From: Neoechinorhynchus agilis
Taxonomy: Eukaryota > Animalia > Acanthocephala
Direction: 5' to 3'
DNA: 64,000 nt
NCBI GenBank assembly: GCA_051530055.1
Contig: CM121341.1
Location: 16,966,784 to 17,030,783, forward strand
Below the pieces are notes generated by a model. It ran no database searches. It was not told the DNA's origin and was given only the letters and a program-made list of their open reading frames with translations. The translations under genes and the position numbers were made by a program. This document shows positions 1 to 11,426 of this stretch, in pieces; positions within the stretch are counted from its first letter, which is position 1; the number at the start of each line of letters is the position of its first letter.

Positions 1-1782
1 CACCCATCTTTCACATCGGTCTCACTCATTTAAATCAGATTTAATAGATTTTCTTCATAAAGTTATGGAAGTCAGCGCCAAGGCGTTCAAAAAATGTGGG
101 ACGATGATCTGAAGCCATTTTAGGCTGACCAAAATCTAGATCTTAAACGCCAAAGGTATCAATTGAATAATAATCAAATGAAAGACCGACGACTTGCTTT
201 AAACCGCTGCAGTTCGCGATAAAATTCATGACTTGATTTCAAGTCATATTATACTTTTACGATGAAAAGATACCTTAAAGTATCATTCACGAATTTTAGT
301 TAAGAATGTTTTCCAATGCACCACCTACTTAGAGCGTAAAAAAACGAAATCATGACAAGTGAAAATAACTGAATTTCCGAACTTAGAAAATTCGTCCACT
401 GGTATTCGAATCTATAACATTTTTAAAAGCGCAACGCAATTTCTGCAAAATCTCGAGAACTCCGGTGCGCTTAAAAGAGAAATCATTTTTAGACATAATA
501 ATACATATTCGCATTTTGCCATTTAGAAAAATCAAAGTTTATTTTTGTCTTTGGAATAACATTACAAATGCTAACTGTCTCTGCGTTTAATCTTCCAAAT
601 AAAAAACTACTTTTTCTTTGCAGAAAAGGATGTTTTTATTGTTGTGGATAAATCCCCAATGCTAAAACTCGTTATTTATAAAATAATCAACGAAAAGAAA
701 CAATGGGAAGTTTTGTCAATAAATCGTTTTATTTTTCGTTTTCCAAGTATAGTAGAACTACTTTTTGTTGCAAATGAATTTTACGTTCCTTACCGGTTTT
801 GTAGATTCTGTTCTACAATTTTCCATTCATTTTTCGCATTAATTTTTATTGTTAAAATTGTTAATAATGGTTACGTGGATTTAAAGGAAACACGATTTTT
901 TTGTCTTAGAGTTTATTGAACCGGTTTTAGGGATCACTGTACGAATATATTTAAACATTGTCGTATTATCTGGGTGCAATGATTGTGAAATAATCTTTGC
1001 ATCGAAAATTGAGGTTTTCTATTAATTTTTTAACAATTTAATGCAGATATATATATTGAATCAATACAATTCGAAGCTTAACTGCGGCGAAAAGAATTGT
1101 TTTTATAAATGGACAATTCTTTGCGCTAAAATTTGTCGATGCCGTCATTTTAAGTTTGAATTGGATAAAAACGCATTTAGAACAAACCACGCGCTATTTT
1201 CTAAAAATAAAAAGGAATCTGTCGATACGCGAGATACCGGATTAATTGATTGAATTTGGTTTTTTCATTCAGAATATTCGCTATGTAAGTGGGAATTAAG
1301 CTGAAGGTCACCCTCCAGCTTTTAAAGATTGAATCCATTGCTCCGATGAAGCCTCACAGCCCTAGTTCTAAACTAATCTTGCGAAATACTATTGTCAGCC
1401 GCATGATTGATCAAGTTTTGCTTTCGAAAATTTTTTTTAGCATTTTCGAGCCTCCGCCGTCTTACGGCTTAGGTTCAGGAATTTTTTAATTGTTTTATTT
1501 CCACAATCTCAAGTTCCCTTGACTCGTTGTTATTTAGGTCGCTTATCAACATCCACGAGGGATTATTGAAGAAGAATGTACACTTCGACTAATTGAGTCA
1601 GTCATTTTATCAATTCGCTTGTTTTTGCTAAGGAAAATACAAGAAACCCCGTGATTTTCCCGAAAGAAGTTTCAAATCGCGTGTATAACTGAAATATTTT
1701 CAAGGATCAAAAGAGTTTCTGACGAGTGCAGTTCTTTTTCCTAGTGCTACATTTCCTTTAAAATCTTAAATTGAGACCAAAA

Positions 1783-1890
1783 GCTGATGATCCGAGAACA
1801 GGGACATTCCTCCTTAAAACATTAGGCTGGTTGTGCAACGGGGGGGGAGCGCTGCATCCGACCTATTGACCATTACAAAATGGACGGCAA
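1783..1890 (+). mobile_element. 3' remnant of CRE-type non-LTR element (second copy ~20826-20933)
   Basis: Translates DPRTGTFLLKTLGWLCNGGSAASDLLTI, resembling the CRE C-terminal motif GDPRA..FL.QR.S.A.QRGNAAS. Similar to 38300-38370 and 52675-52740. Confidence 0.55.
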
Positions 1891-1963
1891 AACGGCGATT
1901 TAATGATTAAAATAAACGCCAATAACGCATGAAACTACATTCCCGTCATTTTGAAACATTCAG

Positions 1964-2868
1964 ATGAGCTCTTGCGTGTTCTACAAATTCCGAAGCGACC
2001 TCAATTACGAGTCCTTGACATTTGAAGGGATCTCGATGACCGTTGGAGAATTTAAGAACACTTTAATGAAAAAGATAGGAATGCTCAAGCACGCCTCCGA
2101 TTTTGAACTCGTCTTAACAGACGCGCAGACGAACGAAGGTACTTTTTGAGATTTCATCTTTAAATAATAAAAAATCACTTTTTAGTGTACAAATACGGTA
2201 ATCAGAAAATCCCGAAAAACTCTTGTATAATCCTAGCTAGAGTTCCATCTTACGGTGCCTCTCATTTGCCAATGAACTGTGAAGAAGAAAACGGACCCGG
2301 TGTTGCCGAAATCCTCGCTGCTGCCATTAAAGATCCTTATGAACTTAAACGAATCCAGGAACCACCCCCGAAAAGAGTTATTATAAAGCGACCGCGATTT
2401 GTTCCATTGGCCGGTCTTCACTTCATCAAGTGCAAAATATGTAATAAACTGATGTTGGACCCCGTGCAAACCCATTGTTGCCACGCCAACTATTGCGATT
2501 CATGTCTTGAACGATTGGAGAATTGCCCCGTTTGTGGAAAAGAGGAAATGGGACCATTTATTCCTAATCAGTTTTTAAGGCTAAAAATAAAGAATTTATA
2601 CGCGATTTTAGAAGACAAGGAAGGGAACAAACAACTGCTCAAGAAAATCGATCCAATACTGGAGAAACTGCTAGAAGATGAAAAAAGCTTTAAATGCGTC
2701 TTCAAGGCTAATCTTTCTGTTGTTCTGAATGAAATCGAAATACCTGTTGGCAAGAATCGAAAACGGTCACGACCTCCATTATTGTCAGAAGAAGAGTTCA
2801 ATGTTATTAAACGAACTAAATGTGAGTTGCAATGGAAAGTAAATGACCACTTACAGTGGATGTTGTGA
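1964..2868 (+). CDS. RBBP6: RBBP6/Mpe1-like protein (DWNN ubiquitin-like domain + RING), 2 exons
   Basis: Exon 1 MSSCVFYKFRSDLNYESLTFEG..DFELVLTDAQTNE is DWNN-like. GT-AG intron 2139-2185 restores EVYKYGNQKIPKNSCIILARVP. RING: CKICNKLMLDPVQTHCCHANYCDSC..CPVC. Confidence 0.85.
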
Positions 2869-3247
2869 TTTTCATACAATACGTCGATTATGTCGAAAAA
2901 TAAATCTATAGCTCTAGATGATTTTGCAACTTGTCAAGGACATTATAAAAAAATTAAGTGGTATTTTACATGAATATGTGATGGAAGATTAAAATCGTTT
3001 ATCTAGATATCCACAGCATTCGATTTTTAATTGAATATACTTTATTAAAGATCCCACGGTATTTTAAAAACTTGAAGTTTTTTGGTCTACGTTTTTATCT
3101 AATGAGTGGTTCGGAAAATCCCAATGGAGATATCTTCTCAATAGATTCTTATAAAATACGGATTCAATACAAGGATTATAATATTTAGACGAGAATATAT
3201 TTTGAATTTAATAATAAAATATCAAGCCCATCTCCTATGCTTCAGAT

Positions 3248-3571
3248 TTATATATCCTTATCAATATTGTCACGTTCTTCTTTTAAACGTTTGGTCTTAA
3301 ACCCGCTATGTTGATATTTGTCCAAATTAGTTTCAGGGTCCTCATACTCTAGGCTTGAACAAAAAACATCATAGACGCGCTGTTGATTAAGTCCTTTGAT
3401 GTTACCAAAGCATTGGTCAAGAAAATCGAAATCGTTTTGATTTAACATTTTTTTAAGCGGATATTTACTAAATTTCCTTATACGAACAACGGAAATATCG
3501 TTCTCATCGTCTCTAAGCGCATTCACTTTCCGAGACGGCATTGGAAGAAGACCAGAACGCTGAGCGTACAA
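3248..3571 (-). CDS. Unknown ORF (duplicate at 22291-22614)
   Basis: 107+ codon frame that stays open some way upstream. No family recognised. Confidence 0.3.
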   Translation of the reverse strand: MYAQRSGLLPMPSRKVNALRDDENDISVVRIRKFSKYPLKKMLNQNDFDFLDQCFGNIKGLNQQRVYDVFCSSLEYEDPETNLDKYQHSGFKTKRLKEERDNIDKDI

Positions 3572-4299
3572 GAGTCTTTGTCTTAGATGATCAAAACTAA
3601 ATGATAGTGCATTAGATTTCGATATCTCGTCAATACTATAACCAATTACATAATAGATTGATCAGGGAAGCTATAAGTGATCGAAAAGTATCTAGTGGCT
3701 ATCGAAAATATTTGTTTTGGGAACTAAATAAATTGTCATGAGAGATCAGGGAATTTGAATAATAATAACAATAAAACGCCCAGATATCAATTCAATGGGT
3801 TAAAATCATTTAAAAAAGTAGAAGGAATATAATTATAAATTTTTCCCACATTGTAAAAAATAGATGGACTTTCGGTCCTTATTTTACTTTGTTTTAGTCA
3901 ATTTAGAAATACTTTTGATATTTCGTAAACTTTGTATAAAATTTGCAACTGTGTAAAATATCGAAAAAATCTAGGATAATATTAAACTAAATTTTACCAT
4001 ACTTCCACTTCTATGAATTTTGCTCAAGACAAAATAAAAATATTCAGCCAAAGCGTATTTAAACAATGAAGATAAAATTGTGATTTGAATAATAAACATT
4101 ATATAGGAAACGTTAAGTGCTTCAGTGCTCTTAGCATGAACAAATCCTTCAAATTCATATCGGTTCCAATGACAAATACCTTTGAAAAGCAAAGATCTGA
4201 CCGAAAAATTCGCTTCCACTGTTCAAACTAGCTCACGAATCTTAAGATGAGCAATCATTACTTTTCTGCGAGATACCGACGCAATGATTTTTCATAAAA

Positions 4300-4728
4300 T
4301 TAAAATAGAAAATGAATCTTTAACTCTAGAATTATAGGATCATTTCCTACGACAGTTCCATCTAATAGATTTTCCAATTGGCGAGAATTGAACAAACTCG
4401 ACAGCAACGCAATGTTCACGTTAGCATACTTTTTCCACTGTTCCATCTCTTCAGCTCCTCTTGAAGGATGAATAAGCTCAAGCCAAGTTAGAGGCGGCTT
4501 TATCAAAATTTGTCGTATTTGATTAAGAGAAAGTCCACTTTGTTTCAAATGCTCGCTCATTTCAACCAACTGTCTCGGTTCACATCTTTGGCTTAATTTC
4601 GAAAAGTGATTATCCGTCAATGCAAATTGCGATTTAAGATATTCATTTTCGTTTACTGCTACATTGGTGCATTGTGCGACGAAGCGGTGTAACACTTTAT
4701 GATTTAGACATCGAATCAGGAGCGACAT
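4300..4728 (-). CDS. Probable first exon of a mitochondrial-targeted, possibly mTERF-like protein (duplicate at 23343-23771)
   Basis: Basic N-terminal presequence-like MSLLIRCLNHKVLHRF and mTERF-like LKQSGLSLNQIRQILIKPP. TTTTTTCTAG acceptor just before the ATG. Downstream exons unresolved. Confidence 0.4.
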   Translation of the reverse strand: MSLLIRCLNHKVLHRFVAQCTNVAVNENEYLKSQFALTDNHFSKLSQRCEPRQLVEMSEHLKQSGLSLNQIRQILIKPPLTWLELIHPSRGAEEMEQWKKYANVNIALLSSLFNSRQLENLLDGTVVGNDPIILELKIHFLF

Positions 4729-4781
4729 TCTAGAAAAAAAGAACAATATTTCTTGAGATTTAGTAGAGAATGCGATCGCTT

Positions 4782-5194
4782 TTATTCGTCAAACAATTGC
4801 ACAATAAAATCGATACTATCTGAGCTCGAGCTGGATGATTCATCGTGGACAATATCGATTTCAGTGCGATACTTAAGATTTTCCAATGCTCCTTTGAGCA
4901 TCCCAGCAATAAATTTCCAATGCAAAACACCGCCAATGGACATGGTTGTGCCCATTGTCCGCATTAACGAAAGTTGATCAAAGCGGATATGGAATCGGTG
5001 GTTGTCCGCCGACCAATCGAATGTTTTGACCACAGTGTTTAAGTAAAAAACAAATGCTGACTCTATAGAAGAACCCAGTTGTTCTTTGAGGTTTTTACAA
5101 TCACCGCATGGATGATGAGCTATAAAATCATGAATTATGTAGCGATCATCCGAATGTCTATCAAAAAAAGATGATCGCTAAGTGAAATGATTGC
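4782..5194 (-). pseudogene. TRAPPC3: 5'-truncated TRAPPC3/BET3-like duplicate
   Basis: C-terminal part only. The N-terminal segment present at 24238-24421 is replaced by a Penelope RT fragment. Confidence 0.75.
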
Positions 5195-6010
5195 AGCGGC
5201 TGAATGAGAAAGAGGACTTAAATATATTCGTAATGCTACCGACGGTCGCATTTCATTTTCGATATAACGACCGATGTTACAGGCAAATCCGTGGACTGTA
5301 ATGGGAAACAGCCTTGCTACCGTCTTGGAAATGCAGTACAAATTCTCGCATGTAACGCCGAGCCAAATTTATCTCCATTATGTGGATGATGTGTTGTTCA
5401 CTTGCAGCGAGGATTGTGAGGTCGACGACAATGAAAGGAGGTTGAATTCGATGGATCCTATTGAAGGGAATAAGGTGACGCGAGACAAACCGTCGGATTA
5501 TCTACCATCTCTCAATTTGTACTTCAAAGTTAATGACATCACTGATTTCAGCTGGTTTCGCAAACCATGGCGATAGACAGGGTGAACGAAATTTTCGCGG
5601 ATAATGGATATACACATAACGATATCATGCGATCCCAGCAGCGGTGTGAAAGAGGTGAAACGAAAAGATGATCGTTCACACAATCGATATGGAGGAAACC
5701 CGATTCTCAGGATACATCCACAGAAGTGCGCCTACACTTAATCGAATTCTGTCGAGAATTGGACATCATAAAGCACCGGAAGCATGCCAAGCATCGTTCA
5801 TTGAAGTGTACGCACACACCAGGGAAAATTATGGACACAAATGACCGACAATGTTCGATTTGAACGCGTAGCTTCGTGGTCTACAAGATTACCCGCGAAC
5901 GATGTTTTGCCGATGACAATTGCGGGGTCATCTACATCGGGAAAACTGAACGGCCTTTTGAATCAACGTGTGACGCCACGCCACGGATAAAGTACCACTC
6001 AGAGTACCAC
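5195..6010 (+). mobile_element. Decayed Penelope-like element (RT + GIY-YIG fragment)
   Basis: MGNSL...YVDDVLF...LNSMDP...FSWFRKPW (PLE RT). VYKIT..IYIGKTER at ~5880-5950 (GIY-YIG). Confidence 0.8.
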
Positions 6011-6627
6011 AGCTAGCCAAGAAGTAAAACTCTCCATGCGACTTAGGCTTCTGACCAAGGGCACGGAGGAACTATCTAAACATCGTTACGCCCGCCTTCA
6101 ACAATTGCACGAAAGACCCCCCACGAAGCGAGCATCAGTGAACTACACTAACGATGTAACGAATGAGATGATCCACTCGATTATGAAGACCAATGTTTGA
6201 GTTCTGTTGTACAATAATAAAGGCAAATATTTTCAAGCGTAAGGTTAGCAAAATACATTGCGCTCAATGTGATCAGGTGCAAAACAGACAAACGACGTAG
6301 GACATTTGGAGGAGAATCGTCCAACATAAATCGGCCTGTCGCCGTTTCGAACATGCATTTGTCATATCGAACCATCAGGATACTATGCAACATCGCGCAG
6401 ATTTTCATGGCATGTATTTTGTAGAAAATGGGCCAAATCTTGGAATAGGGCTTGCTGTTGAGGCCTTAACAAAACTTTTGTTTAAAACTACCCACCAGCG
6501 ACCTGTTAATAATAAATGAAAAACATTACACAACGAAGAGGTACGAGCGGGCATCCGTTCTCGAACCTCGGGAATGGCGATCCTGCGCACTCGATCTATA
6601 CAATACAAAACAATTAAAACTTTTTAG

Positions 6628-6675
6628 ATGACTGAAGAGGTGACGCTTCTTCGCGAAATATTTCACATCAATAAA
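6628..6675 (+). ncRNA. Minimal type I hammerhead ribozyme motif (PLE pLTR type)
   Basis: UGA-CUGAAGA-G-GUGA(cgcuucu)UCGC-GAAA-UAU-U-UCA, then AATAAA. Stems I and II pair; stem III is the palindrome AUAU. Confidence 0.7.
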
Positions 6676-6699
6676 ATATATTTTATCCGACCTCATAGA

Positions 6700-7860
6700 C
6701 CATTCACTACTCCTCCAGGCCTGTTCCTATTTCGGTTTAAGCTCGTGGCCGATCCACTGGCCGGCCTGTTATCTTCACAATCGCCAACAATACTTTCAGT
6801 GCCTGGCTACCTTCTCGATCACCCAATAATCCACCAAAGGCGTACTTCAAGGTGCCGCCCTGCTTCCACTTGTTTTAATATTTTCTTAAACGAACTTAAA
6901 CCCTTCTTCACTAAATCACCCCCACCTCTCCCCCCCTTAACATCTAAAGAAATCAATCATCCACATCAAAGATTTCTGCACCGACCAGAAACTTTACCTG
7001 AATTCTCTAAATGCTTCGAAATGATCCCCTCAATTTTATCCGATCTTCCAAATGGCATCCGACGAGACAACTCCCTCAGACCTATAAAATTTACCTCCTC
7101 AAACGCTTACGCCTTTAGGAGCCCCTTTGTCAGATCTCCAAATTTTACTACAGCTTTATTAAACCTTCCATCACCTACGGTTACCCGGTCTTTTGCAACC
7201 TATCCTAATCTTAAATCCGTCGTCTTGAAATGTTTCATAAAAAAGTTTCTAAAATTTGCACAGCTGACTTTCCCCCTCTCACCGAATGGATTGATACTAT
7301 TTTCATAAAACAATCAAAACGCCTCAACCCTACCACCACAATTTCTACCACATTTTATTCCTTTTTCACATGAGAACAACACTCGCAATCCCAATTAATT
7401 TCATCCTCGCTCTACCTCCGCTTCGTTTTCCATACTGTTTAGTATTCGCGGATTTCATAAACCGAAATGAACTTGAGGAAAAACCAACCTCACAAGCTCT
7501 CCTGCAAACAATAACCACTAACTTTCTCAACCCGATTGGAACCGTAATCCACTCCAAAATAAACAACTACATTCGCTCTTCTGCAAACAATAACTGCCAA
7601 CTTTCTCAACCGGACTGGAACCGTCATCCACTCCAAAGAACTACATTTAAGGCACCTGTTTAAGGATAAAACGTGTTATTGTTATAAGCCTTCACCAACT
7701 ATCCCAGCCCGACCAGAATCGTAATCCACTCCGAAATAAACAGCCACCTCGCCTTCAAGGAACCTCTACAGAACTCGAGTGTTCGCAAATTCGAGTGTTC
7801 ACGAGGATCCATAGGTAGACGGTTCCTCTTATTTGTTCAAGAATAAAACCTATTATTATC
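6700..7860 (+). mobile_element. LINE (CR1/L2-like) 3' fragment
   Basis: RT C-terminal remnants (KDFC..KL.LN.SKCFEMI; YGYPVFCNLS). The 3' block AACAACACTCGCAATCCCAATT...AAAATAAACAACTACAT is shared with the 16.3, 44.8, 48.9 and 49.3 kb copies. Confidence 0.65.
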
Positions 7861-8027
7861 ACCGCCACAATTCAAACTTTATCACCTCGAAAGATTTTCT
7901 CTCTATGATTATTAAACGCTGGGTAAGCGGCCGAAATTGAACACCTTTGATTTATTAAAATATATTTCGGCATAAGTTTTGCATCTTTCGTATCGGTAAT
8001 GGGGACTATAGCCCTATTGATCCTAAG

Positions 8028-8847
8028 ATGAATTTTCCAATGTTCATGCTGCACCGTATTGGATTTCGAATTCTATTAAAAAGTACACGACCTTCGATTA
8101 TGCATTGTGGACCTCCACCGTTCGCTTTCTACTGCACGAAAATGCTCACAAAATCCAGTATATTGACTATTCCCAACGCGCTATCTGTAGCCCGTTTGGC
8201 TATTTCACCGTATATCGGCTACCTTGTCGCTTACGATCGATTCGAGACTGCAATCGCGATCACGATTGCGGCTTCGGTTTCTGATTTTCTAGATGGATAC
8301 ATCGCAAGAAAGGGGCACTCCAGTCATGTTGGAAAAATTCTAGATCCATTAAAATGAACGATTATTGATTTAGTTCTTGTTGTATAAGTAGTCATCCGCT
8401 TCTGAGCAAGCGTTTTCGTTCACAAAAATCAACTAATTTTTCATAATGTACAAACTCAATAATCGTTCAGTAGCAGATAAGGTTCTCGTGACTTCTCTTG
8501 CCCTTGGATTTCACTCGTGCTGCCTTGGATTTGAACTAATGCCAACATGGCTAGCATCAATCATAATCGGTCGAGATATTATTCTAACAACAGGAGCCGT
8601 GGTTTTAAAGACGGCTTCAACTGAGCCACTTGACGTACAACCCAGTTTTCTTTCAAAATTCAATACCGCACTTCAGTTGTCTTATTTTTGCCTGTGCTTA
8701 TTAGCATCGCCCATCGAATCAACAAGGAGTTTTTTCATCTCTGATACGGGACACAAGATGTTTCTATGTTTTCATGGTGCTCTCTCAATAACAACAATCG
8801 GTTCTGGATTACAATACGCTTTTAAACCTGGACTTGTCCGTCGATAA
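8028..8847 (+). CDS. CRLS1: Cardiolipin synthase-like CDP-alcohol phosphatidyltransferase, 2 coding segments
   Basis: TIPNALSVARL..SDFLDGYIAR..GKILDPL + ADKVL..IIGRDII. Interrupted by 121 nt that lacks a canonical donor. Confidence 0.85.
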
Positions 8848-8910
8848 ATCGCTAGGTGAATTTTAGAATATCACGAGTGCATATTTCCATATACGTCGTA
8901 AAAACTTACA

Positions 8911-9110
8911 AACAACCTTGATAAAGGCACAAGATTGTGCCGAAATATCGGATTTAATGAAATTACTTCAATGTTTCCGCCATTAAAAACAATTGTGTGA
9001 TCTCTTAAGTATTTACAGCAAAAACAACCTTGATAAAGGCACAATATTATGTCTACGAAATATCGGACCTTATAAATTACTTCATTTTTTCCGCTATACG
9101 AAAACATGAA
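8911..9110 (+). ncRNA. Two tandem U3-A8 hammerhead motifs (family B)
   Basis: AACC-UUGAUAA-A-GGCACAA(ga)UUGUGCC-GAAA-UAU-C-GG at 8914-8951. A second copy with weakened stem II starts 112 nt later. Confidence 0.65.
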
Positions 9111-9143
9111 TATCGATAAAAAAATCCTTCAAGTTAGTCAAAG

Positions 9144-9324
9144 TATTATTTTGGTGACAATAATCCCGGTAATAGCATATTTGATTTTGATTTATTGGAA
9201 ATATTTCGCGAGGCGACCTCGCCTCATCAACAATGACTTGATGAGGCGAGGTCACCTCGCGAAATATGTTCAATAAATCAAAATCAAATGTGCTATTACC
9301 GGGATTATTATAACCAAAATAATA
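9144..9324. mobile_element. Head-to-head hammerhead palindrome (family D)
   Basis: ~85-bp inverted arms around a 7-nt spacer. Each arm reads UUGAUGA-G-GCGAGG(ucn)CCUCGC-GAAA-UAU, then AATAAA. Confidence 0.75.
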
Positions 9325-9540
9325 AAACATGAAAAATTCAATCTTTAAAAAATGGTTATAATTATTTTAAATATTCGGAAGTTCAGAATAACAATTTTTC
9401 GATCATATGCGGTTCTACTGCATAGAAAAGATTCGTGATTTCGTCACGATCGATCGGTGCTTTTCTATATCCTAAAAAGCGAAAAAAATTGCTTAAAGTA
9501 TTATTTAGATGTTTTCATGGACAAAAATTTTTTACTATAA

Positions 9541-9660
9541 AGACGTTTCGAACCTAGATAAAGGCACAATATTATTCCGAAATATCGGATTTAATAAAAT
9601 TACTTCAACGTTTCCACCATAAACAAACATGAGTAATTAATCGTCAAACATTTTCTTATA
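9541..9660 (+). repeat. Family A hammerhead fragment (minus) fused to a decayed family B copy (plus)
   Basis: AAAGACGTTTCGAACC matches 13173-13185 and 15171-15186, then AGATAAAGGCACAATATTATTCCGAAATATCGG. Confidence 0.55.
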
Positions 9661-9915
9661 ATGTTTATTTCAATTTTCTTAATGATTGTTCATTAAATAA
9701 CGCATGAGATTCGTTGAGATGAAGCTTTGTTTTGTAACATTGGTGATCCATCGAGACAAACAAAATATTTGGGGAGGATTTTGCGCTTGGTCAGGCTCTT
9801 AGAACGCGCTTTCTTTAAAAATATTAGCATTATAAAACACATTTCTGTAATAGTTAGAAGATTGTTTGTTTCCATAGTTTCCGAAATCTTGAAAAATATA
9901 AATAAAAACCAACAA

Positions 9916-10959
9916 ATGATAGATGATTCTCCCAACTATAAAAGATTTAAGAGCTTTAACGAGTTTTACGATTATTCTCTGCTGCATTTTCACCAAAGCT
10001 TCGCCAATCCTTCTCCATCTACTCAATTCGAAAACAGTCAAATCGTTCTTCAGTCGACAATTGGAAGAGGTTCCTTTGGAGTAGTTGTCGTTGGCGTTAG
10101 AAACGGACAAACCTGTGCAGTTAAGATATTTTATAAACGTAATTTAATCGATGAAAAATTGGTTGGTCGTACAATTTACGAAAAATCTATATTGAGCAGC
10201 CTTAGTCATCCAAATGTTATTGATTTTCTGGGTTCTTATAAAGACAATGGGCATTTGTATATTGTGATGAAATTTATTAACACAGGTGATTTATACGAAC
10301 ATTTAAAAAAAAGGCAGAGATTTATTGAAGATGAGAGCAGATTGATTGGGTCTCAAATTATACTCGCATTCGATTATCTTCATGGCATAAATGTCGTCCA
10401 CCGCGATATAAAAGCTGAGAATATCTTGGTTGAGGAAAACGGATATGTGAAATTAACTGATTTTGGATTTGCGAAATATTTGAGAAACAAGGCAGTGACT
10501 CTCTGTGGAACGCCCGATTATATGGCACCAGAGGTGGTTGAACGAACCGGATACACAACCAGTGGTGATTTGTGGGCACTTGGTGTTCTAATGTACGAAC
10601 TGAATGCTGGGTTTACACCGTTTGCAGCATCCGATTCTATCGAGATTATGATAAAGGCTGCACGGGGAGTATTTCAGGTTCCTGAACATTTTTCCTACGA
10701 ACTTAAGGATCTCGTGAAAGGCCTTTTAATCGTAAAGCCGAAAAAGAGACTTGGTTGTGGTTATGGTGGACTCGATTCTATTAAAACCCATAATTTTTTT
10801 AAAGAAGTCGACTGGTGGGCGCTGTTTCGACAGGATCTTCAGATGATCTATCGACCCAGCGAGTACAGTTCAGGAGATCGAATAAATTCCACTGAACCAG
10901 TCATTGTTTTGAACAATCAAAAAATTGATTCATATGCCTCCGATTTTGAAAGTTTCTAA
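9916..10959 (+). CDS. PKA catalytic-subunit-like AGC kinase, intronless
   Basis: IGRGSFG, AVK, HRDIKAEN, DFGFAK, TLCGTPDYMAPE, DLWALGVLMYE. First plausible ATG at 9916. Confidence 0.9.
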   Translation: MIDDSPNYKRFKSFNEFYDYSLLHFHQSFANPSPSTQFENSQIVLQSTIGRGSFGVVVVGVRNGQTCAVKIFYKRNLIDEKLVGRTIYEKSILSSLSHPNVIDFLGSYKDNGHLYIVMKFINTGDLYEHLKKRQRFIEDESRLIGSQIILAFDYLHGINVVHRDIKAENILVEENGYVKLTDFGFAKYLRNKAVTLCGTPDYMAPEVVERTGYTTSGDLWALGVLMYELNAGFTPFAASDSIEIMIKAARGVFQVPEHFSYELKDLVKGLLIVKPKKRLGCGYGGLDSIKTHNFFKEVDWWALFRQDLQMIYRPSEYSSGDRINSTEPVIVLNNQKIDSYASDFESF

Positions 10960-11426
10960 TGAAAGTAAAAAATGCATTTCTTAAGGAAATAATATTGGAA
11001 GCTCTTTGATCACTTTTTTAGACCATCGTGTTTACTTTTTCAAATGTTGTTTCAGAAACAAACATTCTTAAATCCCCTTGCGGCTGCAAAAAATATGGAA
11101 TCTACAGTCACTTTTAAACAATGATATTCTGAAACTCACACCGATGTAATAATACAATCTGACTGGTTGTCGAAATGACTATTTTAAATTGGCAGTTAGG
11201 ACGTTCTATAATATTAATGGTTGTATACAATCTTGTTTTCATGAATAGATTGCTAGATTAAGGGACGTACATTACCATGAATTCTAAATTGTTTTTGCTA
11301 AATCCGTACAGCTAAAACACTGATTAAATGAAATTTAGCCGACCTTTTAAAGATGGTTTTGATAACCCAGCGTTTCTTTATTACACGCATGACGCTACTC
11401 CTTCATAAAGTCTTTTAATTCTAGTT

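Larger units (their letters stand above)
1..5194. repeat. Segmental duplication copy 1 (may extend left of the window)
   Basis: Matches 19045-24237 (offset 19044, then 19043 after a G8/G7 indel at ~1840-1847). Identity ends at ...GAAATGATTGC. Confidence 0.97.

Noticed and set aside
644-1489. Short ORFs conserved in both duplicate copies
   Set aside because: Their identity reflects the recent duplication, not coding constraint.
1784-1800. CTGATGA as a hammerhead core
   Set aside because: No stem II or GAAA follows. It is part of the CRE remnant.
6181-6608. Minus-strand ORFs with RT-like words (RRIAIPEV, FMLDD)
   Set aside because: Possibly a very old RT relic, but the motifs are too degenerate to call.
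9727-9915. N-terminal extension of the kinase ORF
   Set aside because: Starts at TTG with low-complexity AT-rich translation. The ATG at 9916 is more plausible.
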